Source of the DNA: Botryllus schlosseri
Taxonomy: Eukaryota
DNA length: 64,000 bases
Assembly: GCA_051294905.1 (NCBI GenBank)
Contig: CM119371.1
Coordinates: 30,568,001 to 30,632,000 of the forward strand
Reading direction: 5' to 3'
In this document: positions 1-14,997 of the stretch, one piece after another
Layout of the letters: each line of letters starts with the position of its first letter
Numbering within the stretch: position 1 is the stretch's first letter
The notes under the pieces: generated by a model
Seen by the model: only the letters and a program-made list of their open reading frames with translations
Told to the model about the DNA's origin: nothing
The model's database searches: none
Made by a program: the position numbers and the translations under genes

Positions 1-3000
1 TTGTTTTCCTACTGTGTTACATTCACTGCAACTACGATTATAACGATAACAGGCTTCCTTATTTTATAATCCGCAAAAATCGGTAACACAACATTACCAA
101 TTTTACAAAAGACCACTAATGAAAAAGAAAGATCATGACTGTGAGCTAACATTAGCAGCGAAAACAACTGGCGCCGAGGTCAAAGTTTAAAATTCATTAC
201 TGGATCCTCATCAACAGGGCGGAAAGGATATCACAAAAAACCAACATCTCCAAGACATAACAACAGAAATACCTAGTCAACAGACAGGGTTTCGATCGCT
301 GAATAAATACCATTCGCCACACAAAGCTCAAGGAGAACCTGACGCCTGAAATATAATATCCTACAGCAAACAATATCAAGGCGAACAGGTCAAGGACCAA
401 GGAACACAATGAATCATGAATTGGGATAAAGGATATTTGTTACCTCAGAACAGGAATCTCAGCAAAATATTAGAAGGTAGCTAGCTATTGATCGTTATTA
501 ATCAAAAGTGGCATACGTGAGTCAGACAAGGCTGTTCCCTGTGGCTTTGACACACAGACCGTGAAAAAAAGCCTATTCCGAAGGGTATGTCATCATAGAC
601 TTTGTGTTATCCTTGGCGGTCTACAAATAACATTGCTTGTCTAATCTTCATCAAATCGCGGCATCGTATTACCCTATTATGCGGACAGTATGTAAACAGA
701 GATAGCGCTGGCGCCATACAAAAGAAATCAAGTTTGTTCAGGGGCAAATTGCAATAATCATAATGTGAATATAGGGAACAGGATAAAATAGCGCCTCTTT
801 AATGATTAGTTCCCTGATATATTCCTTGAATTATATTGCATACCGGTAATTGAACCAGCAGGCTGCGCTCTTTCAATAGCTTTAACATGGTGATTAAGCA
901 GGCAGAAAAACTGGTTATCAGCAGAAAATACACACCTCCTTTAAATCTTAGACACACCCACAAACTATCTCGTGCGAAATAGCCTTATTTCCTACCTAAC
1001 AGTTACAATCCCGCTAAATTATCCAACACAAATCACAGACCTCGACGCCAAGGTATGGGATTGGTTGTTCAAAAACTAATTACATGCATCCAGTAGACAC
1101 CCTCTGCTATTTATAGCTACAGGTTTTAGGTCACTGCATAGTAAGCATATCATTAGTGTCAAAGACACATTATGGTGATGGCTTCAACTGCTACATGATT
1201 ACAAGGTAGTAAGGGAATCGAACCAGGAGTTTCAGTGACTGCTCAAATTCCCACCGGTATACATACCGATTTAGAAAGCCCACCAAAACACAATAGTGTG
1301 GATTGAGTGCTAATGTTATGTACCAACTAGAAACCACTCTATAGACACAGGTAACACCTTCGTGAGCTGGAGGTTCGAATTTCCAACACTGTATAGGCAC
1401 CAAGGGTTAAGTTCTCGTAATACAAAACCAAGTTTTCTTTGAACATACCAGGATAGTGTTTAATGACATATTGGATCAGACAGTATATTTAATGGGGGCA
1501 TGATGGTAACCTTACTATGTGAAATCTGAGGATGCAAAAACATAACACTAAGACAAACCCATAGTACTCACCTAATTTGGAACCGGGTTGCTTGATTACT
1601 TTGGTGCTGCAAAATGAGAAGGCTGTGAATCAAACTGTGAATGTCATGGGAGGTAATTCTAATTCAAACAGGTTACAAATGCCCACGAGTAACATCATAT
1701 GTATTCTCAAATACTTATCTATGAAAATTAGGGTATGAGAAGCATCTGTGTAGAGCTGTAGAAATAGTGTTAACTCTGATAAGGACAGGCCCGTTTTGGG
1801 GGTAACAGCGGCAAGCAACACTAAAAACAAACTTCCTGCAAGGAAAACAGGTCAGATAAGTTGTGTCCTGGCTTCAGAAGAGTTATGATTGGGGATGGGC
1901 AAAACAATCAATAATTTTGGTATATAGGTTTTGATTTACAACTACAAACAACAATTTAAAAGTGCTTAAATTAACAAAAGTGGGCCAAGCTACAGATAAG
2001 CAATCACATGACAAAAAGCAGGACCAAAACAGTGGGAAAAAACAGGAATACCAAAACAACAACTACTTAACTAGTAACAGACATCTGTCAGGAGATATCT
2101 TGTTCAGAGATAGTTATCAAATTGAAGTGATTTAGCAGAAAAGCACTCCAACTGTGTTAGCACTCAAAGCATTCAAGAATCCATCTGGTAAAAATTATAT
2201 CAAAAATATAGTGGGTGACACTGTGTGTCAGTTAGGAATAATGTAATACCCTGTAGAGATGTATTTTATTAATAAAGCACCAAAGGCAATCAATCCCTTC
2301 GAATGGCAAGGTTTGCTAGCCTTTCCAATCAGGCGAGTAAAATATCTTAGAGCTTCAGTTACTCATACATTTAGGCCGTCAGAAAGACTATTTCGCAATG
2401 AAGCAATGAGACTGTGACGCTGTTAAGTCGTTTAGGAATTTCAGATGCATGATGATTTCATTACTTTCGTTCTGTACTTTACCCTGCGAAAAATCGGTTT
2501 GAATTACGTTTCGATTGACTAATGTCCCGCCGTGAATTCCGATCAATGAAGCAACATTGAAAAGCAGTGATTCAATTTGATTGGAGTCAAATTTTCAGTA
2601 TGTGATCTAACGAGCTGAGATTTGATTTAGCTAATAGATAGAAGCCTGGATGTTGCAGATAAAAGATGTCATAGTCTAGTAAGTGGTACCATCCCTACTT
2701 GAGTGCTTCATTCCTAAATATCCCAAGCTTTCAATGTGTTACCAGTGACTGGCAATTCAAGTTGGTAGGTAAAGCTCTAGGAACTTCAATATATCAAGCA
2801 TCCGCACCATGCAGAAAGAGGCGGATGCACATCCTGGACAATTTCTAAAAATAAGCAGTATCCTGAATCAGACTGCCACTTGACACAAGCGATCACACTC
2901 GAATGAGCCACAGAGGGCTTTTACACAATTTCTCTGTTTATGTAACAAGCTTCAACGATTGCACCTGATGGCTTTAACTACATGGTCGCGGATTCTCTAT

Positions 3001-6000
3001 TGCGCATGTAGGCATGGGCACCGGGAAATATCCGGCATGATCTGCAGTGCTATTGTCAACAGCTAGTCATGCATATGGTAGCATAAATTGCCAAAAATAG
3101 CATACAATCTGATGTAGTTTGTGTTGATAATTATTTCCACATCAACAAATAGTGTTATGTAAGCACAGGGTCCTGCAGCAATGTATATTTTATGCATCCT
3201 GTAACAGCCTGTGTAGGAGACTGAGATACATTTTCCAATCAAACTGAAAGTTAGTTGGAGTGGATACGGATGTTCCTATAAATCGGATACTTTTTGTATT
3301 GTACATCTGCTCAAACTGTATGGCCTTACCATGCTGCTACTGTTATCACGTAAAGTCTGCTAACAAAACATGTATTATGTGTGGTGTGCTTCAAAAGTGA
3401 GTATGCCTACATATAACTTGTAGCCATTCTCAAGACAAGATTGCATAGTAAACCATGTAAAATAAAACAAGCACAAACACAACACTGTAGGCTACTTAGT
3501 GAGGTCTGTTATAATAAGTAGGTTTAGGTCAATGCTATTACGACAACTCCCAGAAACACATTCTGCCACAACACACTAGTTAATTAATAATCAAAATGTA
3601 CATCAGGCACTCAGTCACACACTAACAAAGACAGCAACAACACCAGCAGTGATCATATAGATACCAACGAAGCAATACATTTAACAAGCCTCAGCAAAAT
3701 TGCGTTCACACAAGGAGGCTTGCACATTGCAGTGAGAAATGCTGCTAATCCAAACTAATCACTTGCAAACAAGGGACTGTGGTTTTACCTCATGAATTAT
3801 GCATGGCATTTAACCAGGGGGTGGAGTGTTAAAATTTCAGCAGTCTGCTCTGACTGATTTCTTGGGACCAACCAATTTTATCAAATTAATTCTTACTTTG
3901 TGATTGTGCCATATACATTGTGTAGAACAGGCGCCTAATATCGGATTAATTTCATCGAAATATCAACTATTTATTCAGATTCGTTGGAGAATACAAAAAT
4001 GTATGCACCCTTGCACAGGCCAGAGTGGATTGCATCATTGGACAATATCACAGAAAAATGAAGAAATTAAACATGATCAATGCAGCAATGGAATCACAAC
4101 GTCACTCATTATGATGACATAACAGTATGAATGATGCGTAAAGTTCAAATACCTATCTGTTATGTTACACACAGAAAATATAATGCCTCTTATACATCTC
4201 ATTCAAGATAATTTACTATTTCTTCATTGTCTTTCACGACAATTGTGAGTTGATCTGGGCTTTATAGGTATGCTGTTTCCATTAACAATGTACTACACTG
4301 GGATATGACCAATTGAGGTTTCAAAGCTTCCACAGTAGAAAATTGCATCGAAACAATATTTTACTGGATAAATCACCACTTGGTGGGTACCAAGATCATA
4401 TAATCTCGGTATTTTTCCTACAAGACTTCAATCATTGTTTTCAGCCCCAATCATCGGCATTGGAACATAATTCAAACATAGCCAGGTCTTAGTATTGGTT
4501 TCATGGTCATAACAACGCTAAGAGACCTCGTGGTTGCAACGGAACGGGGTTGATTTTTGCAAACTAGATGCTGCAACCGGCGACGCCGCATACCATTTCC
4601 GTTACAGAACCTCAAATTTTGCGCACACATCAATAATTACCATAATAATCACCGAATAAAGCACAGGATACACTAAGGCTGCGTGACTGGCTGGGAGCTT
4701 GAAATGATCATAAATCAAACGCAGCTCCAGTGAAAACTCTGCAGTAAGGAATCAATACGAACTATGATTATGGTGCTATTTAAAATGCCAGTGATACAAC
4801 AGCACAGCTATCGATTAGCATTCATTTTCCACCATGTAGTATATATACTAATAACCCAAACTACTTTTGTAGAGAAGTACAGGCCTCTTTTTAACAATAT
4901 TCAAGTTATTTCCAATCGAATAGTATATGAAGGCTGAATAGTACATTGAATATAATATATGAAGGCTGATACATAGTAAGGGTAATCTTCAGCAACTATT
5001 GGAGAATTGGAAAGAATATTGTATATCAACAATCCCATCAAAAAATATGACTTTACTGGCATAAAATTTTGAATAATCGGTGGAGAGAGAGCTTATGCTT
5101 CTGGTACTATTTTTTATTTCCTTTTATCATATCGATTTTTATACTATATAATACTATATATATATATATAGTTTATATGTTTATACCAAGGCCAAATTGA
5201 TTACAATGTAGGCTACTGTAATTACCAGGGTAAAAACAGGTTTTTCAGGTCACTAAACCCTTCCTTGGAGATAATCTAGCCATAAATTTCGATTTTCTTA
5301 CAGCACTTAAATTATTCACACAATTTTCATGACATCAAGTCCACCGTGTTCAAATTTGAGCACTGTTATTCTATAAACCAAGAAAGTGTATTTTGAAAAT
5401 ATCCTTGAACAGTCTGAAGTGAAGTTTATAAGGATATGTACTGATTAAGGATATAGCTTAGCCCACAAAGACGTCATAAAGCAGATGGAAAAATCGTGTT
5501 TACTGTGCGTCTGATCTCAAAAAGCAACAAAACCGACTCTTGCCTTAATACATAGAAAATAAACACCACTAAGTGATTTACGCACAGGTGCACTATAAAG
5601 TTGTCATGGTGGTTAACATGAAAGAATTACCAAAATCTCAAGACTGCCCGAGGCTGTGCTAACACAGAACACCCAAGCTAGAAGTGAAAGAGGCCATTGC
5701 CAGAGATGCCCATAACCATGATGATACATTCATAAAAGCATAATGCATTAAAGTGATATATGATCAGGATTACGATACGCCTACCGATCGTCTACATGTC
5801 ACACCAGCTGACAATATCACAAGAAAAGCCACCACGCATTAATCTAAAAATAACTCAGGCCACAAGTACAGGTTACATGAGACGGCTGGTAATCTAAATA
5901 TTCGGTGCTATTACAGTTATTACGAGGTATTTTGAGTGGTATGTGAAGGCAGCTAATACCAAGAATATTTGCATATCATGTTTCATACAAGAGACACCCA

Positions 6001-6964
6001 ATGCAGAGTCTTATCAGTCCAATTATAGTATACTGTCATGTCCACCAGCCATATTTAGAAACAAACCATCACAACAAGCACCAATTTGAAAATAGCGACA
6101 ATCTTCAAGAAGCAAGCCTGTCAGCTTCAACTATCTTTACAAAATAGTTAATAATTCAAACTTGAGCCTAGCGTGGTTACAAAGACATGCGACAGATGTC
6201 AATCTCCATAGGAACATGCTCATGAGCAAGCTCTGGCCGATATTTATGTCATTGCTTCATTTACTGCATTTTGGTCTTATCTGTTGCGCTACATTCCTTG
6301 CTATAAGCATCAAAACGTGTTTCTTGAAATATACCAGTACCAACATCACTGGTTTATGTTGGTGTGATCTTATTTGGAGTTTGAATGTAAATCAAACAGT
6401 TTATATGTGCTGTGCTTTTCAAGTTATTGCAAATGATTACAGATTCCAGCTGAAATATGACTCATCTTGACAGCCTATCTGGAGAAAATGTCCCCTTCAT
6501 TAGTGAAAGTATGCTGTAATTCAGTTGGGTACACCATAGAGCAGTGGATCTCAAACTTTTTCAGACACGCCCCCCTTCATGATAGTGAAACATTTTGCGC
6601 CCCCCTTATCATTGATGCTGCAAAATATTAATGAGAGTAATCAGAATGCCAGCGATCCCAAAGGAAAGTTTGATGGCATGGAAGGTTATTCCTGATGATT
6701 AGATAATTCTGAAATGTGAAATTCGGACCATAGACAGAGCAACAACCGTGACATTGTGGTTAATCGCGTGGAGCGCAAAAACTCATCGAGTTAACTGATG
6801 CTTCGCAGAATATTGTACCCATCAAAACATCACAAGAACAGCCCCAGAGGTCTAGTTTCAAGATAGCCAACAGTCTCAAGTGCCCAGGTAATCGATCAAT
6901 ATCCCCACAAGCCCGGGTAGCCTATTGCCAGGAGCATAAATCGCCAAGAAAAATCATGCAATAC

Positions 6965-7090
6965 CTGGTGTTTTGCTCATCCTGTTTGGCCTGTTTCATA
7001 CGCTGCCGCGTCACGTCGTAGGAATCGTCATTGGCGTTAATCGTGATCTTCTGCTTCACCGTGCCGAGGAATTCCACCTTCTCCGAATGG
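6965..7090 (-). CDS. ELL: ELL coding exon 4 (126 nt); later exons not found in window
   Basis: ttttgcccag acceptor, gtat donor; (S)HSEKVEFLGTVKQKITINANDDSYDVTRQRMKQAKQDEQNT fits the ELL LGxIxxKITxxAxDDSY...RxxM pattern; phase 2-2 compatible with exon 3. Confidence 0.9.
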
Positions 7091-7483
7091 CTGGGCAAAA
7101 ATGCAAAGGTTAGCAGAAAAACGCTACCCTACACAGCCGAGTATAAATTTAGTCATTTAGACGTGAAGATTTGGGCCGTAATTGGATCGGATATGGGTTT
7201 ACAGAAGCGGGATTTCTATTTGGACTCGGGGCTTTTGAATAAATGTCAGTTATTATCGGATTTGGACTCGACTGGAAAGAAATTCCCGAATACGATCTTA
7301 ATTTTGGAACAGGGTTTGGATTTCAATACATTAAATCCGCACATCTCTGTAACATGATCTCGAGACTTCAACTTCCACAAGTTTGAATGTTTGCAGCTTT
7401 GGACAAGCTCTGCATTATCACACTCCCTTATTTTCCAACTGTTATCTGTGTGGAGGGAAAAATAGATAAGATCTGCTTCACAG

Positions 7484-8111
7484 TATGGCCTTTCAAAAAA
7501 ACTTTTTCTGCTGATTTCACTGGACTGGCTACTAGATAAAATTGTGATGTTGGTGAAAACAACGCTGCACACCAAGTTTGGCTCAATTCCAACGAGTAGA
7601 AGCGATTTTCTTGCAGTAGAAAGTTTTGAATTTATCATTAAAAAACAAAAAAATTAATTTTCAAAATTTTTCTGTCAACCCCATAGGATTTTCAGGCTGT
7701 CAGTAGAGATGCACACCAAATTTGGCTCAATTTCAACCACCAGAAGCGAAGTTATCGCAGTTTAAAAATTTGGATTTGAATAAAATAGTATTTACGGTGA
7801 CTAACTCTAAAATCATGAATTTGGAAATTTTTCTACTGCAATAACTTCGCTTCTGGTGGCTGGAATTGAGGCAAATTTGGTGTGCATCATCTGTACTGAC
7901 AGCCTAACAATTCTATGGGATTGACAGAAAAATTTCAAAACTTTATTTTTTGTATTTTAATGATTATTTCAAAACTTTCTACAGCAAGAAAATCGTTTCT
8001 GTTGGTTGGAATTGTGCCAAAGTTGGTGTGCAGCGTTGTTTTCACCAACCTAACAATTTTATCAAGTAGCCGGTGAAATCTGAAGAAAAAGTTGATTTTT
8101 GAACAGCCCTA
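7484..8111. mobile_element. Foldback-type non-autonomous hAT-like element in ELL intron 3
   Basis: Perfect 8-bp TSD CTTCACAG (7476-7483, 8112-8119); termini TATGGCCTTTCAAAAA / TTTTTGAACAGCCCTA; the two halves are imperfect inverted repeats of about 300 bp. Confidence 0.85.
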
Positions 8112-8939
8112 CTTCACAGCCATAAATGATAGTTTCCAGAACCTGCTATAAGGTAAGACCCTAAGCTATTCCCTGTTGGTCCTTAGAAACTTCAACTGTA
8201 ACATACACACTACATCAGTTGTTCTTGACCTTTTTATAGTCACAAGCCCAACTTAGCTTTGAAAATATTCCATGTCTCACCACTAGAAATATGGTAAAAA
8301 TACTACATTCGCGACATTGTGGTGACCATTAAATGAAAGACACATGATGCCATCAAAATTCATTAAGTCTTGAATGGGTTTCCGGCTACACCTCAACTTG
8401 TGACCATTACCTACATATGTGGGTTGTCATATGCTGTTCATGAGTCTATGCATTAGTAGTGATTAAGTCATTTGTTACTCAACAAAATCTTAAGTTGTTC
8501 CACTGTGTTTAATCCCTATTAGGAACAACTAAAGATGAGTTCATGAAAAGCCTGATTGGAATATAATATATTATATATATATCAATATGAATAGATCTAT
8601 ATTACTTCATGTAGCCAACTAAACTCTAAATGACTCTTGGATGCACAGAGCCTCAGTATACAATTGAATAAATATATTCATATTGAAAATTGAAATGAAC
8701 CTAAATATTTTCGGCTAACACTTGTCAGCACTGCCTCAAGCTCTGTTACCGTAATGTCATTCCCAATTTAGTAATACCAATCAATACTTGACTTTCATTA
8801 AAGGCAGTTCCGAGACTTTATCACAGACACAAGGCTGTTCGGCTACCAGAAAAAAGCTACTGTCATTAAACCACTTGCTTTATGAGAAATTTACAAAAGT
8901 GTGCATTTAGGCATAACTTGGCCATTATCAGATATTTAC

Positions 8940-9040
8940 CTGGTGCGAATCTGCTGAAGACAGTCAACCGGTGGCTGATTTGAAACATGAAATGAGAAAT
9001 TTTGTACATCACCATCGCCAGGAACAGGTATTTGGATCAA
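8940..9040 (-). CDS. ELL: ELL coding exon 3 (101 nt)
   Basis: ttttcag acceptor, gtaaat donor; LIQIPVPGDGDVQNFSFHVSNQPPVDCLQQIRT fits the ELL IxIP...FSFxxS...DCxQQ pattern; phase 0-2. Confidence 0.88.
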
Positions 9041-11634
9041 CTGAAAAAGAATTATAGAGTCAGAGCGTCACAAACAGGGTATTTCTAGCAGCTAGTTGGT
9101 AAATATAAAATTGGGATCTGGTTGGGCAAGATACTAGAATGAGTGAATATCTAACACTTCAAGTGAAAAGCGTGACTAATTGTAACATAACATTGAAATT
9201 TGATGTTCCCAGGTTCTTTAGGAGATGAGCATTCTTCAAAGAAATGCAGTTTACATGCAACAAGTGATTCATATACTCAGTCAATACAACTAATATGCAG
9301 TGATGAGAAAGTGATACCGTAATTACAAATAATTTTCTTACAACACGCTCCAACAACTGTTACTGATGACCTTGACTCTCGTCAACAAGTAGTGTGTCAG
9401 TCATTCAAGTTCAAATTTTCTGCATGGCAACAATATTCTAGCCCTTTGGGCACTGCCAGAATATATAATTTAATTCAGTTCGAGATTATTCGCCGCTGCT
9501 GCGTTGGTCAATATAATTATTGCAATTTGCTAGATAGCAATGAGCTGTTACACAAGACATAATCTGGGATTTATTTATAAGTTGGTAAATTTAAATTCAT
9601 GCTAATCTCAATTAAAATGTGAAAAATCCATGTCACCATCATCCATTTTGTCCCAAAAAGACCTTGTGACAGCGATGGCCCACCATTAATAGTAAAAATT
9701 TATACGTATTTACAGAGATCATCTAAGCTGCCTCAAACTAAACATGGACCGTAAAGGCTCTTATTCAGAGCACATCAAACATTCATGCACTTACACGGGT
9801 CAAAGAGACATAAAAACCCATGTCCAAGATATAGTTTAAACACTAATAAAGATATATGTTCTAGATCTCAGATCTAGTATGTCAATATATAAATGTTATG
9901 AATAGCCATCATGGTCATAAAATGTCAATATTCTGAAGTTATGCACCAGCTTGTGATTCTCAACTGAAATTAATGCGGATTTTGACAAGGCTAAGTTAAA
10001 CTGTGGATGTTATCAAAGACTTTTCATTACTCATTGCTAAATTATGGAGTTTGTTGATTTGCAGTGCTCTCTTGATATTTATAGTAGCAACTCCCTGCAA
10101 TGTTCAAGATTATGTTACTATTACTTAACTTTCAGGAATAAATATCAGGGAATTTACTATTTATCCAAGAACTGTGTGTCAGACCTTATTTAATCCTATT
10201 TCATGAGTGAAGTCAAATTCCAAGGCATTGCTTATGCTCTAGATTTGATTATAAGGATTAAGCCTGTTTTGACATCCAAACTGAAAGGCAGAGGCATGAA
10301 ATTCAAAGGGAGTTTCCGTGGAACATCGAAAATATACTCAATCACGAAGTGACTGCTCAAATCCGTTGAGAAAATTGTGCTGTTAAAAATAGCCCTAGAT
10401 AAACTAATTACGGCCTGTGTCTGCGTAACTATATGTAAAATTTGGTGTAATTACGGATTTAAATTTCAAGGATAGGTTTGTTTTGAATTCAAAGTGACAA
10501 GATAGTAGATTTTACAAATGAAGCATTTTTAAAGTTATATCTATTATTGGCATATAGCGTATAGTATAGTGTTCGCCTTAGGCCGTATTTAGCAATTTTG
10601 ATAAAATCGTGATTTAGGATTTTCTGACGTCATGGGTTGATAGGCTACCTCTTCAAACTTTCCCAAAATCGACTCAAATACTGACTTCACAACGTTGTTT
10701 TTACTATTTTTATAAAATATTTCTACCACTCAAATTCTACTACACTTTTATCAAAAATCCGCAATCTAGGCCTACAGAAGGAGCTTGTGTACCATCTAAA
10801 CAACAACAGGATCAAGCTTTCTCTTATTCGAAATTTAATGCCCATGAAGTCATATTTTGTGATATGATTGTCGATATACAATGTTCTTTCCAATTCTCTA
10901 CTAGCTGCACTGAAGATTAGCCATGACTACTGAGTACTGACTACTGTCAGCCGAAAATATTTGGGTTCATTTTACTATGCATACTATTCAAGTGTATATT
11001 GGAAGTTCTGCACCTAGAAGAAGCTATTCCGTCACAATGGTTTCCGTATCATATCAATACATAGTAGAAGAGCCAGTCACAAGATTACAAACATATACCT
11101 TTAGCTAACTGTAAAACATATATGATTTATTGTGACATCACATCAAGGATGATATCCTACTGATGCACTGCTATCACCAATATCACAAAGAAAATGACCT
11201 AAGCCAAAGCAGCAAAGTATAGGAGGCAATCTTAACACACACAACACACAACCACTCTAGAGTACGCCTTGAGTAGTGCAATTAGGCAAAACCTAGTTGA
11301 TTATTCCGAAAAACTAGAAGTCCAGCCATCTGTGATCATTTGTAGTGTTAATGATCAATTCAATTTCAAAGACATACCATCTCACATACCATAAGGTGTT
11401 CTATTAGGAGATGGAATTCCAGAATTCTATTGGACAATAGGGGATTTCTGAGAAGGTATGTGTTCACCTGTCAGCGCACTCCACTCAAAGAGATCTACCT
11501 GCAGTATTGAGAAATTCTCAATGGCCGAGCTTAACCTAAGCCTAACCAATCACATGCAAAGGCGGCTTCTGAAAGTGAAACCAAGTGTAATCCAGTCCGT
11601 TCAGGTCAGAGGCTGCAAGGGGATAACTGTGGTT

Positions 11635-12202
11635 AACTTGATATTTTTACAACTTGAGAACAAAACAACACATCACTAGGAACCAGCTTCAGTAATATGG
11701 CACAACAAACCTACTCTTTACCATGCAGGGTATGAAAACATGGAATGAAAAGAGTCCTAACTCCTTGGTTTGCCATCTACGATTCTAAAATGCCCCCCTC
11801 AAAGACGCCAAGCCAAGTAGGCCTAACTTGATATTTTTACAACTTGAGAACAAAACAACACATCACTAGGAACCAGCTTCAGTAATATGGCACAACAAAC
11901 CTACTCTTTACCATGCAGGGTATGAAAACATGGAATGAAAAGAGTCCTAACTCCTTGGTTTGCCATCTACGATTCTAAAATGCCCCTCAAAGACGCCAAG
12001 CCAAGTAGGCCCAACTTGATATTTTTACAACTTGAGAACAAAACAACACATCACTAGGAACCAGCTTCAGTAATATGGCACAACAAACCTACTCTTTACA
12101 ATGCAGGGTATGAAAACATGGAATGAAAAGAGTCCTAACTCCTTGGTTTGCCATCTACGATTCTAAAATGCCCCTCAAAGACGCCAAGCCAAGTAGGCCC
12201 AA
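11635..12202 (+). repeat. Tandem triplication of a ~189-bp unit
   Basis: Units start AACTTGATATTTTTACAAC at 11635, 11825 and 12013 and are nearly identical. Confidence 0.95.
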
Positions 12203-12845
12203 GACAATTGAATATTATGATAGTGGTCAAGCTTTTTGGTGGGTATTGTGAGAAAAGACAGGGAGGTTATGAAACCAAGAGGTCTGGGTTCAAAATAGCA
12301 CCAATAGCATGTTGCACCAAGGGGGAAACGGAGGGTGGTATGGTCAACACTAAACAGGACTGTCATATAGTCCAATTGCAAAGGTCGCATTATTATTCTG
12401 GAGCTTGCGTGTCCTCATAGATAGATTTATTATCTGGTGCTCAATTACTGGACACAGGGGTTAATAATGGGCTTAGAATTGAATCACATCTGTATTCGAC
12501 TTCATCTAGCCCTGATTAGGATATAACGAGTCCTCTTTAATTTACAATACAAAATCATATCATAAAACATTGGGTCAATGTTATCATTCTTCCTAACAGT
12601 AGGCCTGTGAATCCAGGAATGTGTTATTCTTTTCCCAAAACATGGAATCCGCTAAATTGTCTCATTCCTAGAATTATTTCTGCTTTGCTAGAAAGGAACA
12701 ATTAGGAGCAAAATATTTCAAAATTGGTAGGACTAATAGACCATTAGTTTAATGGGATTTGAAGAACGTGCGATAATAGCAGTTATTTCTCGTTTGAGTA
12801 TACGCCTAGCACCTGCATGTTCAAGTGTTACATGAAAGTCTATAT

Positions 12846-13240
12846 CAGTGGTTCCCAACGTGGGCGATATCGCCCCCCAGGGGGCGATTTGGCGATCTAG
12901 GGGGGCGAAAATGACGAAGGGGGCGACAGGGGGGCGAAAATGGACAAAGGGGGCGACGGGGGGCGAAAATAGCGAAGGGGGCGATAGGGGGCGATGACGC
13001 GTAAAAACGGCTGACCTTTTTTTTTTTTTTTTTAGTCATCCACCTAGCAATGCGGAGCGAAAAAACGCCATTTTCAGCTCTGAGCGGAGAAAGATGACCT
13101 TTTTTTTTTTTTTTTTTTTAGTCAACCCGCCGGTGATTACAGTCTGTATGCCCAATTATCGGTCCACAAAATTTGGGGGGCGATGATCGGTGTCGACCTT
13201 GAAAAGGGGGCGATGGGTCGAAAAAGGTTGGGAACCACTG
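12846..13240. mobile_element. hAT (Charlie-like) MITE
   Basis: TIR CAGTGGTTCCCAAC / GTTGGGAACCACTG; perfect 8-bp TSD GTCTATAT; subterminal GGGGGCGA repeats and internal poly-T runs. Confidence 0.92.
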
Positions 13241-14949
13241 GTCTATATGATGGAGAATTCGACCTGTTCTGCATAAACAGGTCACTGTGGTTTGCATCAA
13301 GAGGTTCACAATGTGGCAACTAGGCCTATTCATTATTGTCTTTTTGTAAAATTGAGTATATGTGTAACATAATTTGTAACAGCTACAACCTGAATGGAAA
13401 AGTGGTTAGTGTAATTGTCACAGCTTCAAAGGAAGTAAACCTAAACAAACAGTATCTATAGATTCTGTAGGTACCACACAACAACTGTGACTGTGTTCTG
13501 GACTTCAAAGTTTGAACTTTGGAGATATGTCAACAAGAGCAGTTGAGAGACAATGGTTCAGTTCAAACAGGGGATACCACAGTTTCGAATTACATATGAT
13601 GCAACACAACACCCAATCCCTGCCCCACTATACAAATAATCCGTTATTGGAACACAAGCTTCCTTTGATAGTGCGAAACAATCACTGTTCTGTGAAACCA
13701 AGAACAGTTTCCACTCACAATTTAAATTGTGGAGCATAAGAACAATACCTTGAAGCTACAACCTATCTCACTGTACAATCTAAGCCCAGAATAGTATTGA
13801 AACGTTTCAAAGCATATCATAAACATATGGGAGACTGGTGATTCACGTCACAACATATTATACAGCATCGACTGAAAATATCTGAAGATGGTAAATTTTG
13901 ATGAATAGCAGTGAAATCTAACAGCTCAGCAACTCAGCTGTCTAAAATTCACTTCAGGAGCTTGGCAATAAGTTGATTCAAATTAAAATACATATAGAAG
14001 TATAGAGGTAAGGTATATCACTTCATCAATTGATTTTCTGAGTAAGCTGAATTTGATAATCTAATCAATAAACCACATGAAGATATATCTCTTATCACAT
14101 GTAAGGGAGTTAATATTCATTACATGGGTTATCAACTAAAATTGATATAGCTCAGAACACAATTTCGCCAGGATTTGAAGTTAATTCACAAAAAGAACAT
14201 CAGGCAACTTAAAGGAAAGTCATTATTTCTAACAATATCAAGCCTTTAAAGCACTACTCTTAAAAATACACTTTATCAGAGGTAAACACTTCTCCAATAA
14301 AGTTATCTGTACTAGATTTTTTATATTGGCTTGTTCAGTGACCTCATTTGACATACTCCCTTGTCATAAACTATAGTGCAGCAAGCCTTCAAAAAGGTAG
14401 ACTTTACAAAATGCCAATACAGCAATTTTACTCAGTGCATATACTACATCATTATAACACAGCCAGATTTTTTTATGGATGGATGTGTCTGTAGCATAAG
14501 GGCGAAATGGTATCTCTCTTCCTAAGGCTTACTATACAGCACAAATATTTGATGAGTAATCATATCTGCACCAAGGCTTTCATGGTCTCCATTCCAGTTA
14601 TGATTGGTTCAGGAAGGGGTGACTCAAGGAACAAGGATTACACAACCTCAATCCAGGGGGACTTGACCTACATTAATCTGAATGCTTCATTTTACCTAAG
14701 TACTGTGAAGAAAATGATACAAAATCAGATCTTGTTCAAATCTAGCATACAGTAGCAGTTTGGACGTACAGAATATCAGTAGGTGCAGTGCTACAGATAG
14801 GAATACCTGCTTCCATGTAATAAATAACCCTTAAAAAGTGTAGGTTACACTGCAGATGTCAGGTTTTCCCAGATGCTTGGAAAGTAATTTATAATCGAAC
14901 ATGTTGCTCGAGACTGTGCATATACTTAATCCCTTATGCAAAAACTCAC

Positions 14950-14997
14950 CCCTTGGTGTCCTTGGAACTGTATACTAGGCTTTGATCGAAGCGAGCC
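14950..14997 (-). CDS. ELL: ELL coding exon 2 (48 nt)
   Basis: ttttcag acceptor and gtgag donor; GSLRSKPSIQFQGHQG resembles the vertebrate ELL segment RPSIRFQGSQG; phase 0-0. Confidence 0.88.

Noticed and set aside
1630..2490. Candidate ELL exon 5 acceptors near 1836 and 2484
   Set aside because: Translations show no ELL similarity and reach stops
11635..12202. CRISPR-like array
   Set aside because: Long identical units without unique spacers in a eukaryotic context; no cas genes
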